In this document: positions 61,446 to 64,000 of the stretch, one piece after another
Position numbering within the stretch: the stretch's first letter is position 1
Layout of the letters: each line of letters begins with the position of its first letter
From: Lepidodermella squamata
Lineage: Eukaryota > Animalia > Gastrotricha
Assembly: GCA_047495785.1 (NCBI GenBank)
Contig: JBLDXI010000029.1
Location: forward strand, 558,001-622,000
DNA: 64,000 nt
Reading direction: 5' to 3'
Notes under the pieces: model-generated
Seen by the model: the letters and a program-made list of their open reading frames with translations, nothing else
The model's database searches: none
Told to the model about the DNA's origin: nothing
Program-made: the position numbers and the translations under genes

Positions 61446-64000
61446 ATGCATTCTACTATACTGGCATTTGTTGTACCTTATTGGATCCTATTGGGTCTAA
61501 CCTCAGCAATCGACGACCGATGTGCTCTAGCGCCAGATTCCGGTCCTTGCCTAGCAATGACCGTTCGTTACTTCTACAACCCTCGAACAGCCTGTTGCGA
61601 GGCGTTTCAATACGGAGGTTGCCTCGGCAACACTAATAATTTTGCGACAAAACAAGCCTGCCTCAGCGCATGTCAACCTGACCAGCCTTTGGATGACAGC
61701 AACAAAACTCCTTCGTCGCAAATCAACCCTAGTAACATTTGCTTGCTGCCTAAAGACCCTGGACAATGTTACGCGCGAATACCAGCATGGTATTTCGACG
61801 CAGATTCGAAAAGCTGTCAGGCTTTTTTTTACTCCGGCTGCTTGGGGAATAAAAACTTGTTCCCGACAAAGGAAGACTGTATGTCGCGATGTGCGGCTTA
61901 CATTTCGCCATGGCTCCAGTTCTCCTCCTCAACAAATCGACCACCGACCTTGCTATCCCAGACCAAGTGCTTTGGAGTACTCTACTCAGATTTAATTTCA
62001 AAGGCGAATGTCCCATCCTGTAAGGCCATGTTACCTCGTTATCAATATAATCAAGCCGCTAGGAGGTGCGAGCGTTTCATTTACGGCGGCTGTCCCCCTG
62101 TTGATAACATGTTCCTTACCATGGAGGACTGCAGCGTCACATGCGCGGGAGTTACCGTGGCTCCAACTTCTCCAACTCCGCCTAACTTCAGATGCGTTCC
62201 TTTACCTGACATGAGTGACTGCAGTGCTAATTTGCCATACGAGGTATATCGATTCAACATTACAAGTCTGCAATGTGAGCGCGGCTGCAGCAGTAGGAAC
62301 AACAGGTTCATGTCTATGGCTGACTGTATCGACGCGTGTCATCCTGTGACTAAACCTCCGAATTACTTACCCCCGATTTGCTTCTTACCGCCGGACTCTG
62401 GTACGTGTTTCGGTAGGGCAGTCAACTATTTCTACAATCCCACAACCCGAGATTGTCAGCCTATGAGGTGATTATTGGGAAGTTTCAAGCTTTATATTTA
62501 AAAATTCAATTTTAGCTACGGAGGATGCGGCGGCAATGCGAATCGATTCGAAACCAAGGAGCTATGGTAAGGATAATGGACTCAAAACTCAAACTTATTG
62601 CTTTACGATTTCCTTTACAGTGATAAAACTTGTAATTCGGCCAGAGTTAGTTGGACTACTCCAGCGACACTGCCAGCTACGACATGGGAGTCCCAAATTG
62701 ACCTGTGTAAACTGAGGGCTGATCCAGGACCCTGTAAAGCCCTATTTCCCATGTACTTCTACGATGCCTTATCAAATAAGTGTCAAATTTTCAATTATGG
62801 AGGCTGTGATGGGAACGGAAACAGGTTTTCAACCCAAGTTGAGGTAAGCTTTGAAAATTATTTTGTATTCTTTCGAGCTTCCCTTTTTTCTAGTGCGAGG
62901 ACAGGTGTTTACCAGGTGGCAGCCAATGGAATCCATTTTTAACAACCACACAGCCCCCACCTTTCACAACTGCAAAAGGGCCAATGTCAACGCTCTGCCC
63001 ACCTGATGCTCCTTTCGCAAAATGCAACTACGATCCTTGTGGGAATGCAACATGCCAAGGTTATCCTGGTGCGAGTTGCGTGCCAAATTTTTGCTACTGC
63101 ACAGCTGATTTCTACCAAAATGGACTGAAAATCAACGCTTGGTGCCGTAATTCCACTACAACAACTCGGGAACCTATGTTGCCGACTAGCCCTTCCCCTC
63201 TATGCTCACCAAAGAATTGTTTGGTCAATCCATGCGATACTAAGAAATGTCAAGGTGAGTTTCTTAAGCAGCCCCGATTCGTAAAAAATATGTTTCTTTA
63301 ATAGGATATCCTTATGCTGAGTGTTATCCTAACTATTGCCGATGCACTCCAGAATTTTTTGTCAACGGTCGGAATATCACCGAATTTTGCTTAATTACTG
63401 CGACGAATCCTCCCCCAGTTCAGGCGGTTTGCCCACCTGGAGTGGAACAGGTCAACTGCATTGAGAACCCTTGCAATTACGCAAAATGCAGTTTGTTCCC
63501 TGATGCTAAATGCGTGCCTAACTTCTGCGGCAAATGCGCCGCTGACTTCTACCTCAACGAGTACAAAATCAGTGAATGCACAGATCTTCGAATTGACTAC
63601 ACAACCCCCTCAGCGCCGTGGTCTAATTGGCCTGGGTCAAGGTGCAACCAACCTGTTGCAGTCGGAAATTGCGATGATAGTATTTCGAAGTTTTTCTACA
63701 ATTCGAGTTCTGGAAATTGCCAATGGTTTTCCTATTCGGGATGCGGCGGGAATGACAACGTTTTCGACACGAAAAAAGAGTGTGAATCTACTTGCAGAGG
63801 CGTGTTTTCAACTATGCCTCCAACTACTGGTAAGATTTCAATTTCACGTATCGAATTGACGGTGAGTTTTTTAAATAGTTCCGATATCCCTGCCTATAAG
63901 TGTTACGTCATGTCCACCTGGGATTTCGCAAGTTACCTGCGCCTATAATCCATGTGAGAATGCAACTTGCCCGGGATATCCAACTGCGACTTGCGTGCCT
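61446..64000 (+). CDS. Array gene K6 (runs off the window): secreted, at least 7 Kunitz domains and at least 4 eight-Cys repeats
   Basis: Signal MHSTILAFVVPYWILLGLTSA, canonical Kunitz GPC..RYFYN..C..FxYGGC.GN.N.F repeats and CVPNFC repeats. Confidence 0.88.

Noticed and set aside
1-64000. tRNA, rRNA or SL RNA genes and a firm taxonomic assignment
   Set aside because: No RNA gene was recognisable by eye. Operon-like spacing and TTTTCAG acceptors hint at a nematode-like genome but also fit other invertebrates.

Overview
Eukaryotic (bilaterian invertebrate) genomic DNA from a compact genome, with no sign of a prokaryotic origin. Most introns are about 46-64 nt, many use AAG rather than YAG acceptors, and a few long AT-rich introns hold transposon debris and nested genes. 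Gene order: MRPL15(+), GT-B fucosyltransferase-like(+), C2H2 zinc-finger(-), ERCC6L/PICH(-; MULE and LINE remnants in introns), DOCK6/7/8(-; 11 exons, with a nested C-type lectin gene and OTU/P-element, LINE-RT and CCHC remnants), OSER1(-), a secreted EGF/laminin-G gene(-) whose apparent last intron contains DSCC1 and two LRR-TM genes, a tightly packed IMP3-LZIC-DPYD unit(+) that looks like a trans-spliced operon, and a tandem array of at least 6 genes over 15.6 kb encoding secreted proteins built from Kunitz domains and an 8-Cys repeat I cannot assign to a named family. Exon boundaries were derived by hand from GT/AG sites, reading phase and remembered homology. No database search was run and the taxon is not determined.
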